Shown piece after piece: positions 1-16,548 of a stretch of 64,000 nucleotides of DNA. The notes beneath the pieces are model-generated. The model was given only the letters and a program-made list of their open reading frames with translations, searched no databases and had not been told where the DNA came from. A program made the position numbers and the translations under genes. Location: assembly GCF_009914755.1 (NCBI RefSeq), contig NC_060926.1. One strand, given 5' to 3'. How positions within the stretch are numbered: the stretch's first letter is position 1; the number at the start of each line of letters is the position of its first letter. The stretch is from the human T2T-CHM13v2.0 reference genome, Homo sapiens.

Positions 1-567
1 TCAGATGGTTGTAGATGTGTGGTGTTATTTCTGAGACCTGTATTCTGTTCCATTGGTCTATATATCTGTTTTGGTACCAGTAGCATGCTGTTTTGGTTAC
101 TGTAGCCTTGTAGTGTAGTTTGAAGTCAGGTAGCATGATACCTCCAGCTTTGTTCTTTTGGCTTAGGATGGTCTTGGCTATGTGGGCTCTTCTTTGGTTC
201 CAGATGAAATTTAAAGTAGTTTTTTCTAATTCTGTGAAGAAAGGCAATGGTAGCTTGATGGCGATAGCACTGAATCTATAAATTACCCTGGGCAGTATGG
301 CCATTTTCATGATACTGATTCTTCCTATCCATGAGCATGGAATGTTTTTCTGTTTTTTTGTGTCTTCTCTTATTTCCTTGAGCAGTGGTTTGTAGTTCTC
401 CTTGAAGAGGTCCTTCACATCCCTTGTAAGTTGTATTCCTAGGTATTTTATTCTGTTTGTAGCAATTGTGAATGGAAGTTCACTCACGATTTGGCTCTCT
501 GTTTGTCTATTATTGGTGTATAGGAATGCTTGTGATTTTTGCACATTGATTTTGTATCCTGAGACTT
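1..567 (-). mobile_element. L1PA ORF2 fragment (continues past window start; 5'-truncated at ~567)
   Basis: Antisense L1 ORF2 sequence (gtttgaagtcaggtagc...gcacattgattttgtatcctgagactt). Confidence 0.9.
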
Positions 568-1109
568 CTGTTTTTAAGGCATAATCACTATTTACATTAA
601 TTCTAATATGGAATTGGGTGGTATATATTATACAAGTCAGTTTCAACAATAACAAAAAAATTCTTACTATTGTACTTTGTTGATAGCAATACCCACGTAG
701 CAAGTCTTATTAGCAAGGAGTGACTGCAAAAAGCACCGTGTGGCTGGGACTTGCTGAAGAAGTAAGCATCCTGATGGGTCTTGAAACTGTAAAGGCTTCT
801 CACATGCTGCCAGCTCTCAAAACTCTCTCATCATTCTGCTTTAGGGAAAATGCTGAAATTGGTTTGTAGGCAATGAATGCAGAGATACAAGTGGAAATTA
901 ATAGAAAATTCTGTTATCTTTAAAGACAGTTACATTATGCCATCCACATATTTCTAAAATCCAATGTTTAAGGAACAAATGTGTTTCAAGTGGTGGAAAT
1001 GGAATAGAACACTAGAATGTTTCAGAGACGTGCCTTTCCCCAATTGTGATATTTGTACTACAGTGAATATAGTGCTCAATTCATAGTGTCAACTTCAATT
1101 TTTACTGTC

Positions 1110-1935
1110 TTTTAAGACTTTAGTTTGAAATAATTTTAGGCTTACAGAAGAATTAAGAGCACTGTACAGTGAGTTCCCATATCCCCTTCATCAGTTTCCC
1201 CAGTGTAGCATAACCATAGTTCAATGATTGAAACCAGGAAATTAACATTTGTACAATACTGTTAACTAAAATACAAGCTTTATTCAGATTTTCCTCGTTT
1301 TCCTACAACAGTCTTCTTTTCTGTTCCAGGATCCAATTTGGAATCCTACACTGCATTTAGTTGACAGGTCTCCACACTCTCCTCCAAACTGTTGTTTCTC
1401 AGTCTTTCCTTGCCTGTCTTTCAGGACTTCAAAACTTTTATGTCGTACTAAGTTACTATCTAATTTAGCTAATTTGTAGAGTATATCTCAGTTTTGGTTT
1501 GTCTCATGCTTGCTCATGATTGGAGTGAGCTTTGCATTATTATTGGGAAGGATAGTACAGAGACAATGTACACTTCTCAGGGTACCGTATCAGAAGGGTG
1601 CATGATGCCACCTGTCACTATATCTTATTACCTGTGATGTTAGCTTTGAGTCCTTGATTAAGGTGGTGTCTGTCAGATTTCTCCCCTGTGATGTTACTAT
1701 TTTGGAAGACATAATTTGGGGTGCAAATATCCTTTTTCTCCTTAAAATTTTACCCAAAATTTCAGCATCCATTGGTGAATCTTGCCTGAAACAATTATAA
1801 CTGTAGTGTTGTAATGGTAATTCTATATTTACCACCTTTCCTCTAGAATTACTAATTGGATTCTTTTTCTGTAAGGAAGTGTTATCTCTTGTCTACCATT
1901 TGTATATTTATTCAGTTATTTATTTATGTCAAGAT
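1110..1935 (-). mobile_element. Ancient L1M (L1MC/L1MD-type) 3' fragment
   Basis: ttgaaataattttaggcttacagaag...gagttcccatatccccttc resembles old L1M 3' UTRs. Confidence 0.65.
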
Positions 1936-1984
1936 AAATACTTTTTCTTTTTTGTCTTCCTACATGATGGGTAGCAGGTAATTT

Positions 1985-3741
<1,757 letters not shown>

Positions 3742-3910
3742 CTGTAGTCTTATAATAGTGAATTTATATTACCACCTTCCTTCTACAGTTACTAATTGGA
3801 ACTCTTCTGTAAATACATGTTAACTCTTGTCTACCATTTCTCTATTTATTCAGTTACTTATCTATATCAATATGGACTCATTGATATTTATTTTATTCTT
3901 TGGGTTAACT
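3742..3910 (-). mobile_element. Ancient L1M fragment, second copy of 1801-1935
   Basis: About 80% similar by eye to 1801-1935. Confidence 0.6.
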
Positions 3911-4061
3911 TCAATTATGTTTAACTAATTTATGTTGGTTTTATAAATCCAGAGTTAGAGATAGCTAAACTAGTAGAATCCAGTGTGAATATTTAAGTCA
4001 AAATTCTGAAACCCAGTGTAGTCTCAATCATGTAACAGAATTCTTTAAAGAGTTGTTTCTT

Positions 4062-4362
<301 letters not shown>

Positions 4363-4529
4363 GTACTTTCTTAAATGTGTGAAATGTGTGTGTGTGTATA
4401 TGTGTGTATTCCATACTAGATTTTCTATAAATGTTTAATAAATGTTTGCTTTTCAAATGAGTAAGTAATTTCTTATCACTGAACATTTACTAAGTGCTCA
4501 AGGCATAACAAGTAACTATGTCAGATTAA

Positions 4530-4840
<311 letters not shown>

Positions 4841-6269
4841 GTTTATGCCCCTGATGATAAACATTATGGAGCTTACATTTTACCAGGCTTTTATTTCATC
4901 GTGAGGATACATGATCAAAGAACACGAAATTTTTCTCTAGGACACACTGTTAACATCACCATTATATCATTTGCCAAATGTTAGTTATGAGCCTTGGTTG
5001 AAGTAATGCATGCCAAGTTTCTTCACTGTAGAATGACTATTTTCAGTAGGACACTTTGAGACTATGCAAAAATCCTGCTCCTCCTTAAACTTTTTCCCAC
5101 AATTTTACCCACTAAGTTAATCTTCCAGACTTTTATTTACTTGATTACTGGATCCAAAGAGTTCCAAATACTTTGACTAAATAATGGTAAAATTAGAAAT
5201 CTTTGCCAAAAAGAATATACTGGCCTAATAGAATATAAAGGTTTAAGTAGAAATATATATGTATAATTTCAATCAAGCCCGAGACTTCTCCCCATTAGTA
5301 GGATGTTTTAGTTAAAAACACATGAAAGGCTTTTGCCTGAATTTACCCAGATAGTTACAGTTGAATGACTAAGATGGAAGGTTAAATGCTTTGTCAGCAT
5401 TTCAAAGATGAATTTCAATATCTATTATAACATCTTTATGATATGAAATATTTTCTTTTCTGCTAATGCCCTATTGCTGTGAATAATCAAACCATTCAAA
5501 CTACTTTCTCTAATGCAATTAAAAAAAAAACTAATAAAAATTCTGAGTTTTGATTCTAGGCCAGAAGTCTGCCTGTAGTCGGGGGAAAAAAAAGGTGGGA
5601 AAGTCATTCATTGTCATTCTCCAGGAATTTTAGAAGATAGTACACTTTTAAAGCTTCTTGGAAACTCTAGATAATAGGCAGTCAATATTACAAATACAGG
5701 TTAAACAAGAGACGTTAATTAAAATCGTCATTTAGGGAAGAACATTACTGTTACCATTAATTTAATTTCTGAAACAATTTATAGATTTTACCTTTTATCA
5801 CCTTAAAAAGAATGGAGAAAGATTTTATTAGAAGGCCACAGTTCATATACATCATTTTCTATGGGGCTAACATGCATCAACTCTCAAAACTCCCTCACGT
5901 TCATTGCAGTAAACACACAGCCTTTGGCAAATCTATATGGGGTAGAGTTGAGAACTTAGTGGCATCCTTATAAGTTCATAAAACTACTGTGTATAAACCT
6001 AAAGGACAAATAAGTAACATGAAGGGATTGATGAAATTAAGTGAAAAAGTGAACAAAACGTGTATGTAAAGTGTAAAAATTGAGGTCAAGGGTGCAGTTT
6101 CATGCTTAGAATAACCTTAGGGAGATGTGTGCCAAGTCTACAATATTATGCTTAATTGTGGTCTAACTTTAAGTGCTCTGAGACATTTCTGGTGAATGCC
6201 AAGTCATCTAGACAACTCAAGGAATTGAAAGCTTGAGAAGAAAGTCAACAGTTAGCACTGCTATTCAAT

Positions 6270-6420
6270 TTTTTCATGACCCAGGACAAGTCACTAGGTC
6301 TCTCTGTACCTAGGTTCTTAAACTCCGCATCTGTAAAATTGAAATTATGCTCCCAAATTGCTTCTCAATATTGTTGTGAAAGTTATCCAATAAAAGGTAT
6401 GGCATTTTAAAGCACTGAAT
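6270..6420. mobile_element. MIR relic
   Basis: gacaagtcact...tctctctgtacct...catctgtaaaat core-like motif. Confidence 0.5.
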
Positions 6421-6659
6421 GGGTTCCCCTGTAATAGTCAAATGTCAGTATCTGTTCCCAAGAAATATAGTAGATTTTCTCTTCTGAGAGATTTTTTAAG
6501 TCATTTGTCCTGAAAGTTTTCAGCAGCCACTAATCTAGGAGAATATCAGATTGAATTTTTTGACATCCATTAGTTTTATTCTCTTATAAATTAAGTGCTG
6601 CTTTCATGTAACAGTTCTCAATAAGGCTTGACCAGTGATACATGATCTACACACAACTA

Positions 6660-7200
6660 CGCATCCACTCTTGCCTTTCCAAGTTATTCTCCAAATTGCA
6701 GCCAAAATGATCTTTTCAAAGCACAGGTCTAAAGATGTCACTCCCTTTCTTAAAGCCCTTGAATGGCTTCCCTTTGTGTTTAGGACAACGACGGAACTGC
6801 TTAATGGTCCACAAGACTGTCTATGGTCTAATACTTAGAGTCCACCATCCTCCAAAACTCTCCCTACCTGTTTTCTTTCACTGTCTCTTCATCCCACTCT
6901 TTCCCTTCCCAGGGTCACGGTCTTGCACACACTTCCCTCCTGCCCTCTCTGAGTTTCATACCCACTCACTCTCTCTGGCAGTCATTTTCTTACAAATGTC
7001 TAACCTAACATCCACAGCACTGTGCTTTTCTCTTTGGTAGCCCTTATAGAGTTGGCATTTACATTTTTTGTGTGTGATTATTTCATTGCTCTTTGTCTCC
7101 CTCATTAGATTGTAAATATTAAAATCCTTCACGTATTGGCATCACAGTGTATCTCTAGGGCCTACACAGTGCTCGACTCAGTAAATTTTTGTTGAATAAA
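6660..7200 (+). mobile_element. L2 3' fragment
   Basis: gcagccaaaatgatcttttcaaagcacaggtct... ending ctcagtaaatttttgttgaataaa (L2 tail). Confidence 0.7.
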
Positions 7201-8237
7201 CAGTATTTCCTTAAATCAATATTTTCCATTGCAGCCAATGGTGGTCAGTGACACTAGGCAGGAAGAAGCTCCATTTCTGGATGACATTCGTTCACATTAA
7301 AGATAAACAAAACAGTTTATTGGTAATGACGCTGATCGCTTTTGCAAGAGCTTCCTTTCAATAAGCTATTTTAAGAAAACCAACTTATTTCCAAGCCTGG
7401 GACCTCTACTGAGAATACAAGCTTCTCTCATCACAGCAAGGAATAGAAATGCAGTGATGATCGCAGTCATTGTTGAAATGCATCAGTAGGTCTCCGAGTT
7501 GTCCCTCAAAGGACAACAGCCCAGCCTGCTAAAAGGTTTAACCTAGTTTTCTGCCATTTGATATCATGTGATAATGCCTTTTTCTACACTCTTTAATTCT
7601 CTTGTGGGATAATACTGATCATTTTAGCTTCCTACTGTCCTCTGGGTATCCTGTTTCTTTAAGGACAACAGAAAACAGCTGAAATACTTATCGGAAGTAT
7701 ATGGGATGGCATATGATTCCTGTTTCTATGAAAATAAAGCCTGTCCATAAACATTAGTACATCTTTAGAAATACAAATATATTAAAGAGGAAGCAAACAT
7801 TTGAGTGACATCACCTCTCAGGGGAAATATTTGGGTTCTGTGAATTAAAGGGCTTCACAGAAGATTTCTGGAGTAGAATAAAAACCAAATCCGATGTATA
7901 CTGGTTAAAGCCCCAGACACTCAAGATGAAGGAGCCCTGAATTCTCTTTGAGCACAGAAAAGATTCTTTCTGCCCTAGAAGAAGGTGACTTCTTTGGATC
8001 TCTGTTACTCTCTTCAATAACATGGATTTCATCTTGTTTCATCTGTCTTTTTTTCTCAATTGTTTATCAATTTTTCAAGTGTCTTTTCTAGGATATAAGC
8101 TAGTTGAGAGTAGGATTTTATTTGAAGTAAGGACCGTTTTAGCAAAACTGTAGGTAAAAAAGCGGTATTTACTTAATAAATTGATGTAAAATAATGGATA
8201 ATTGTGTATCTAATAATAGTTCCTGTGCCAAGAACTA

Positions 8238-8915
<678 letters not shown>

Positions 8916-9577
8916 TCACAGTTTCTAAAGGGACACCCATGAAGCATGAAACAATCACTTAAATCAACCCTGACAAATAATAGTGTGACAAATATCCCAG
9001 CCAAACTGCCAACATCTTTATGTCACAATATGCAAGCTGTCTAGCTCATTCCCATGAGAAATGCTACAATGAGTAAGATCTGGCTTATTCTCCAAAGAGC
9101 ACTTAACTTTTGGGGGCTGATAAAATTGGCTGTTCCTTCCACTCCCACTCCCTTCACCAACAACTTTTTCCTGCTGGACTCCCAAAATGCTTACAGCAAA
9201 GTACATATCATTAGGTAGGAGATTGTAGACTTTACTTTTGAGAAAATTGATTTAACCAAAAGAAAATACTTCAAATCTTATTTGGGGAGCATCCCAGTGA
9301 GATAGCCAGACGCTCCATCCAATCACTCTGTGGCAAGGTCCACAAATTGGCAAACTGTGCCTAGAAACAGAGCTCTCAATAATATCTTATTTAAAAATGA
9401 ACAGCCAGAGACCACCAGGCGACTAAGGGAAGTTTAAACTCAAAGATGGAAACTGAACAAACAGAACAGAGAAAACAATGATGAGAGAAAACAAATGGAA
9501 ACTTTAAAATGCTTACATGATTTTACTTAAAATGTAAGAGCAGATACTGCAACCATCTAAAAAAATTACAGATTACT

Positions 9578-12500
9578 GAGGGATCATGGCAGACGGGAGG
9601 CAGGACTAGAATTGCAGCTCCAGACAGAGCAGCGAGCGGAGGCTTGCACTGTGAATTTTAGCTCCAGATTGACTGCAAAAACAGACCAGCAATCCTGAGA
9701 GGACCCACAGAAACTCTGAAGGAAGCAGACAGCTCCTGCAGGGTCCAGAAGACACCTCAAATATCATGAGTGCCCCAACTGCGGAAGTGGGAAAGGGAGA
9801 CCCTCCTCTCCTGAACACACACCCCCACTGGAGAAGCTGAAGGTCTGATTGCAGGAGAAGTTTCTGACTGTACCTGGGGCTGAGTCAAGTTAGACAGCCA
9901 AGCTGAGTGAAATACAAGAGTAGAGGAAGCAGCAGAAAGGCCCTGGGAACTCGCTGGGTCCCTTAGCAGCCCATTCCTGCCTGACACCACAAGGATCCAT
10001 CGGGAGGGTGGCCAGAGGAGCAGGGGGTAAAACTCCACGGGGAGAAGGACTTCTTTAGCTTAACTTTGTAACAATGTGAACGGGGCGAGAAGCCTCCTGG
10101 CTAGAACTCACAGGCAGAACAGAAGCCTCCTGGCCAGAACTGCACAGGTGTGCAGACTTCACAGGCAGGGGAAAGAACTAAAGCCCTTTTCTTTCGCAGA
10201 TAAGGAGGCGGAAAGCCTCAGGCATGTTTTCAAGCCCATCTTGCCCTCCACCTGGAAACAGACTCTGGGCTGTTGGGGGAGGTACGGTGGGAGTGAGACT
10301 GGCCCTTCAATTTGCATGGGAGCTGGGTGAGGCCTGTAACTGCCAGCTTTCCCCACTTCCTTGACAATCTACATGACTCAGCAGCGGTAGCCATAATCCT
10401 CCTAGGTACACAACTCCAGTGACCTGGGAATCTCACCCCCATTCCCCACAGTAGCTGCAGCAAAACCCGCCCCTAGCACCAGGCTTATCTAATGGTTCTT
10501 CAAAATTCACCCTAGTAGCCAAACACAGAGGGCATTTAATATTGGGGGTTCTAGGGCCCCATCCACCGCCACTCCCTCTCCACACTACTATAGCTGATGC
10601 TTTCGGGAAAGTGCCACCTCCTGGCAGGAGGCCAACCAGCACAAAAATAGTGCATTAAACCACCAAAGCTAAGGACCCTCATGCAGTCCACTGCACCCTC
10701 CACCACCTTCACCAGAACAGGCACTGGTATCCACGGCTGAGAAACTCACAGATGGTTCATATCACAGAACTCTGTGCAGACAACCCCCAGTACCATCCCA
10801 GAGCCGGGTAGACTCGCTGGGTTGCTAGACCCAGAAGAGAGACAACAATCACTACTCTTGGCTCACAGGAAGCCACATCCACTGGGAAAAGGGGAGAGTA
10901 CTGCATCAAGGGAACACCCCGTGGGACAAAAAAATCTGAACAACAGCCTTCAGACATAGACCTTCCCTCTGACAGAGCCTACCCAAATGAGAAGGAAACA
11001 GAAAACCAACCCTGGTAATATGAAAAAACAAGGCTCTTCAACACCCCCCAAAAAAATCACACAACTTCACCAGCAATGGATCCAAAAGAAGAAATCCCTG
11101 ATTTACCTGAAAAAGAATCCAGGAGATTAGTTGTTAAGTTAATCAGGGAGGGAAGAGAGAATGGTGAAGCCCAATGCAAAGAAATCCAAAACATGATACA
11201 GGAAGTGAAGAGAGAAATATTCAAGGAAATAGATAGCTTAAAGAAAAAACAATAAAAAAAAACTCGGGAAACTTTGGATAAACTTTTAGAAATGCAAAAT
11301 GCTCTGAAAAGTCTCAGCAGTAAAATTGAACAACTAGAAGAAAGAAATTCAGAGATCTAAGACAAGGTCTTAGAATTAACCCAACCCAACAAAGACAAAT
11401 GGACTTAACAGATATATACAGAACATTTTATCCAAGAACCACAAAATACACATTCTTTTATTTATTTATTTATTTTTTTATAGTATTTATTGATCATTCT
11501 TGGGTGTTTCTCGGAGAGGGGGATTTGGCAGGGTCATAGGACAATAGTGGAGGGAAGGTCAGCAGATAAACAAGTGAACAAGGGTCTCTGGTTTTCCTAG
11601 GCAGAGGACGCTGCGGCCTTCCACAGTGTTTGTGTCCCTGGGTACTTGAGATTAGGGAGTGGTGATGACTCTTAACGAGCATGCTGCCTTCAAGCATCTG
11701 TTTAACAAAGCACATCTTGCACCGCCCTTAATCCATTTAACCCTGAGTGGACACAGCACATGTTTCAGAGAGCACGGGGTTGGGGGTAAGGTTATAGATT
11801 AACAGGATCCCAAGGCAGAAGAATTTTTCTTAGTACAGAACAAAATGGAGTCTCCCACGTCTACTTCTTTCCACACAGACACAGTAAAAATCCGATCTCT
11901 TTCTTTTCCCCACATTTCCCCCTTTTCTATTCGACAAAACCAGCATCATCATCATGGCCCATTCTCAATGAGCTGTTGGGTACACCTCCCAGATGGGGTG
12001 GCGGCTGGGCAGAGGGGCTCCTCACTTCCCAGACAGGGTGGCCAGGCAGAGGCGCCCCCCCACCTCCCGGACGGGGCAGCTGCTGGGCGGGGGCTGCCCC
12101 CCACCTCCCTCCCGGACGGGGCGGCTGCCGGGCGGAAACGCTCCTCACTTCCCAGACGGGGTGGCTGCCGGGCGGAAACGCTCCTCACTTCCCAGACGGG
12201 GTGGCTGCCGGGCGGAGGGGCTCCTCGCTTCCCAGAGGGGGTGGCTGCCGGGCAGAGGGGCTCCTCACTTCTCAGACGGGGCAGCCGGGCAGAGACACTC
12301 CTCACCTCCCAGACGGGGTGGCGGTTGGGCAGAGACGCTCCTCAGTTCCCAGACGGGGCACTGTCCGGGCAGAGGCGCTCCTCACATCCCAGATGGGGCA
12401 GCGGGGCAGAGGCGCTCCCCACATCTCAGACGATGGGTGGCCGGGCAGAGACGCTCCTCACTTCCTAGATGGGATGGTGGCCGGGAAGAAGCGCTCCTCA

Positions 12501-15500
12501 CTTCCCAGACTGGGCGGCCGGGCAGAGGGGCTCCTCACATCCCAGACAATGGGTGGCCAGGCAGAGACGCTCCTCACTTCCCAGATGGGGTGGCAGCCGG
12601 GCAGAGGCTGCAATCTCAGCACTTTGGGAGGCCAAGGCAGGCGGCTGGGAGGTGGAGGTTGTAGCGAGTTGAGATCATGCCACTGCACTCCAGCCTGGGC
12701 AACATTGAGCACTGAGTGAGCGAGACTCCGTCTGCAATCCCAGCACCTCGGGAGGCCGAGGCTGGCAGATCACTCGCTGTCAGGAGCTGGAGACCAGCCC
12801 GGCCAACACGGCGGGCCAACACGGAGAAACCCCGTCTCCACCAAAAAAATACGAAAACCAGTCAGGCGTGGCAGCGCGCGCCTGCAATCCCAGGCACTCG
12901 GCAGGCTGAGGCAGGAGAATCAGGCAGGGAGGTTGCAGTGAGCCGAGATGGCGGCAGTACAGTCCAGCCTCGGCTCGGCATCAGAGGGAGACCGTGGAAA
13001 GGGGAGATGAGGGAGATGGAGACTGTGGAAAGGGCAGAGGCAGAGGCAGAGGCCAGAGGCCAGAGGCCAGAGGCAGAGGCAGAGGCAGAGGACAAAATAC
13101 ACATTCTATTAAACAGTGCATGGAACTTTCTCCAAGATAGACCATACGATAGGCCATAAAACAAGCTTCAATAAATTTAAGAAAATTGAAATTATATCAA
13201 GCACTCTCTCAGACCACAGTGGAATAAAACTGGAAATCAATTCCAAAAGGAACCTTTAAAACCATGCAAATACATGGAAATTAAATAACCTGCTCCTGAA
13301 TGAGCATTGGGTCAAAAACAAAATCAATATGGAAATCTAAAAATTCTTTGAACTCAACAACAATGACACAATCACACAACCTATCAAAACCTCTGGGATA
13401 TAGCTAAGGTGGTGCTAAGAGGAAATGTCATAGCCCTAAATGCCTACATCAAAAAAAACTGAAAGAACACAAACAGACAATCTAAGATGATACCTCATGG
13501 AACTATAGAAACAAGAACAAACCAAACCCAAACCCAGCAGACAAAAGGAAATAACCAAGATCATAGCAAAACTAAATGAAATTGAAACAAAAAAATACAG
13601 AAGATAAATGAAACAAAAGCTAGTTTTTTGAAAAGATAAATAAAATTGATAGACCACTGGCAAAGATTAACCAAGAAAAGAAGAGAGAAAATCCAAATAA
13701 CCTCACTATGAAACAAAACAGGAGATATTACAACTGACATCACTGAAATACACAAGATCATTCAAGGCTACTGTGAACACATTTACACACATAAACTAGA
13801 AAATCTAGAAGAGATGGATAAATTCCTAGAAAAGTACAACCCTCGTAGCTTAAATCAGGAAGAATTAGATACCCTGAACAGACCAATAAAAGCAGCAAGA
13901 TTGAAATGGCAATTTAAAAATTACCAACAGAAAAAAGGTCAAGGACCAGACAGATTCACAGAAGAATTCTACCAGACATTCAAAGAATTGATACCAATCC
14001 TTTGACACTATTCCACAAGACAGAGAAAGAAGGAACCCTCCCAAATTCATTCTATGAAGCTAGAATCACCCTAATACCAAAACCAGGAAAGGACATGACC
14101 AAAAGAGAAAACTACAGACCAATATCCTTGATGAATGCACCAAGTGGGTTTCATACCAGAGATGAAGGGATGGTTTAACGTATGCAAGTCAATAAATGTG
14201 CTACACCACATAAACAGAATTAAAAACAAAAATCATATGATCAGCTCAATAGATGCAGAAAAAGCATTCGACAAAATCCAGCATTCCTTTATGATTAAAA
14301 CTCTCAGCAAAATCAGCATACAAGGGACACATCTTAATGTAATAAAAGCCATTTATGACAAACCCACAGCCAACATAATACTGAATGGGGAAAAGTTGAA
14401 AGCATTCCCTCTGAGAACTGGAACAAGACAAGGATGCCCACTCTCACCACTCTTCTTCAACATAGGACTGGAAGTCCTAGCCAGAGCAATTAGACAAGAG
14501 TAAGAAATAAACACCATCCAAATCAGTACAGAGGAATTCAAACTGCCACTGTTTGCTGATGATATCATTGTTTACCTTGAAAACCCTAAGGACTCCTCCA
14601 GAAAGCTCCTAGAATTGATAAAAGAATTCAGCAAATTTCCAGATAAAAGATTAATGAACACAAATCAGTAGCTCTTCTCTATACCAACAGTGACGAAACG
14701 GAGAATCAAATCAAGAACTCAACCTCTTTTACAATAGCTGCAAAAAACAAACAAACAAAACAAACAAACAAACAAACAAAAACTTGGGAATATACCTAAC
14801 AAAGAAGTCAAAAGCCCTCTGCAAGGAAAACTATGAAACACTGCTGAAAGAAATCACAGAAAACACAAACAAATGGAAACACATTCCATGCTCATGGATG
14901 GGTAGAATCAATATTGTGAAAATGACCATACTGCCAAAAGCAATCTACAAATTCAACACAATCCCCATCAAAATACCACCATCATTCCTCAAAGAGATAG
15001 AAAAACCAATTCTAAAATTCATATGGAACCAAAAAAGAGTCCGCATAGCCAAAGCAAAACTAAACAAAAAGAACAAATCTGGAGGCATCACACTACCTGA
15101 TTTCAAACTCTACTATAAGGCCATGGTCACCAAAACAGCATGGTACTGGCATAAAAATAGGTGCATAGACCAATGGAACAGAATAGAGAACCCAGAAATA
15201 AACTCAAATACTTAGAGCCAACTGATCTTCGACAAAGCAAACCAAACCATAAAGTTGGGGACAGGACACCCTTTTCAACAAATGGTGCTGGGATAATTGG
15301 CTAGCCACATGTAGGAGAATGAAACTGGATCCTCATCTCTCACCTTATATAAAAGTCAACTTGAGACGGATTAAGGACTTAAACCTAAGACCTGAAACTA
15401 TAAAAATTCTAGAAGATAACATTGGAAAAACCCTTCTGGACATTGGCTTAGGCAAAGATCTCATGACCAAAAACCGAAAAGCAAATACAATAAAAACAAA

Positions 15501-16548
15501 GATAAATAGCTGGCACCTAATTAAACTAAAGAGCTTTTGCACAGCACAAGGAACAGTCAGCAGAGTAAACAGACAACTCACAGAGTAGGAGAAAATCTTC
15601 ACAATCTATACATCTGACAAAAGACTAATATCCAGAATCTACAACGAACTGAAATAAATCATTAAGAAAAAAACAAACAATCCCATCAAAAAGTGGGCTA
15701 AGGACGTGAACAGACAATTCTCAAAAGAAGATATACAAATGGCCAACAAACATATGAAAAAATGCTCGGCGTCACTAATGATCAGGGAAATGCAAATCAA
15801 AATCACAATGCGATACCGCTTCACTCCTGCAAGAATGGCCATAATCAAAAAATCAAAACAGAATAGATGTTGGCACGGATGCAGTGATCAGGGAGCACTT
15901 CTACACTGCTGGTGGGAATGTAAACTAGTACAGCCACCATGGAAAACAGTGTGGAGATGCCTTAAAGAACTAAAAGTAGAACTACCATTTGATCTAGCAA
16001 TCCCACTCCTGGATATCTACCCAGAGGAAAAGAAGTCATTATTCGAAAAAGATATTTGCTCACGCATGTTTACAGCAGCACAATTTACAATTGCAAAATC
16101 ATGGAACCAACCCAATGGTGTGTGAGTGTGTGGGTGTGTGTGTGTATATATATATATATTCCATTATACATATATAATGGAATACTATGCAGCCATAAAA
16201 GGGAATGAATTAACAGCATTTGCAGTGACCTGGATGAGACTAGAGACTACTATTCTAAGTAAAGTAACTCAGGAATGGAAAACCAAATGTTGTATGTTGT
16301 CACTGATACGTGGAAGCTAAGCTATGAGGATGCAAAGGCATAAGAATGATGCAATGGACTTTGGGGACGTGGGGGAATAGTGGGAGGGGGGCAAGGGATA
16401 GAAGGCTACAAATATGGTGCAGTGTATACTGCTTGGGAAATGGGTGCACCAAAATCTCACAAATCACCACTAAATAACTTACTCACGTAGCCAAATACCA
16501 TCTGTACCCTAATAACTTGTGAAAAGATTAAAAATTAAATTTAAAATT
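9578..16548 (+). mobile_element. Near full-length L1PB (L1PB1-like), degenerate, with internal deletion and SVA insertion
   Basis: 5'UTR gagggatcatggcagacgggaggcaggactag; ORF1 start ~10987; ORF2 RT peptides (14135-14503 [10 protein letters not shown]; 14784-15215); 3'UTR ctaagctatgaggatgcaaaggcataagaatga; many stops and frameshifts. Confidence 0.92.
11457..13091 (-). mobile_element. Full-length SVA retrotransposon (older SVA_A-C type, probably B/C)
   Basis: On minus strand: hexamer head 13035-13091, Alu-like ~12600-13000, GC-rich VNTR ~11980-12600, SINE-R ~11490-11975, AATAAA at 11486-11491, polyA; perfect 16-bp TSD acaaaatacacattct (11441-11456, 13092-13107). Confidence 0.97.

Noticed and set aside
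7811-8032. 73-aa minus-strand ORF in unique sequence
   Set aside because: No recognisable family; length is within chance expectation.
11980-12600. Tandem ~40-bp repeats that superficially resemble a CRISPR array
   Set aside because: This is the SVA VNTR: no unique spacers, no cas genes, eukaryotic context.
11845-13159. Long overlapping ORFs (207, 247, 223, 147 aa)
   Set aside because: They lie in the GC-rich SVA VNTR and Alu-like region, which is stop-poor in several frames; the peptides are repetitive and not a gene.
13814-16320. Reverse-transcriptase-like ORFs
   Set aside because: Broken L1PB ORF2 fragments with stops, frameshifts and deletions; not functional CDS.
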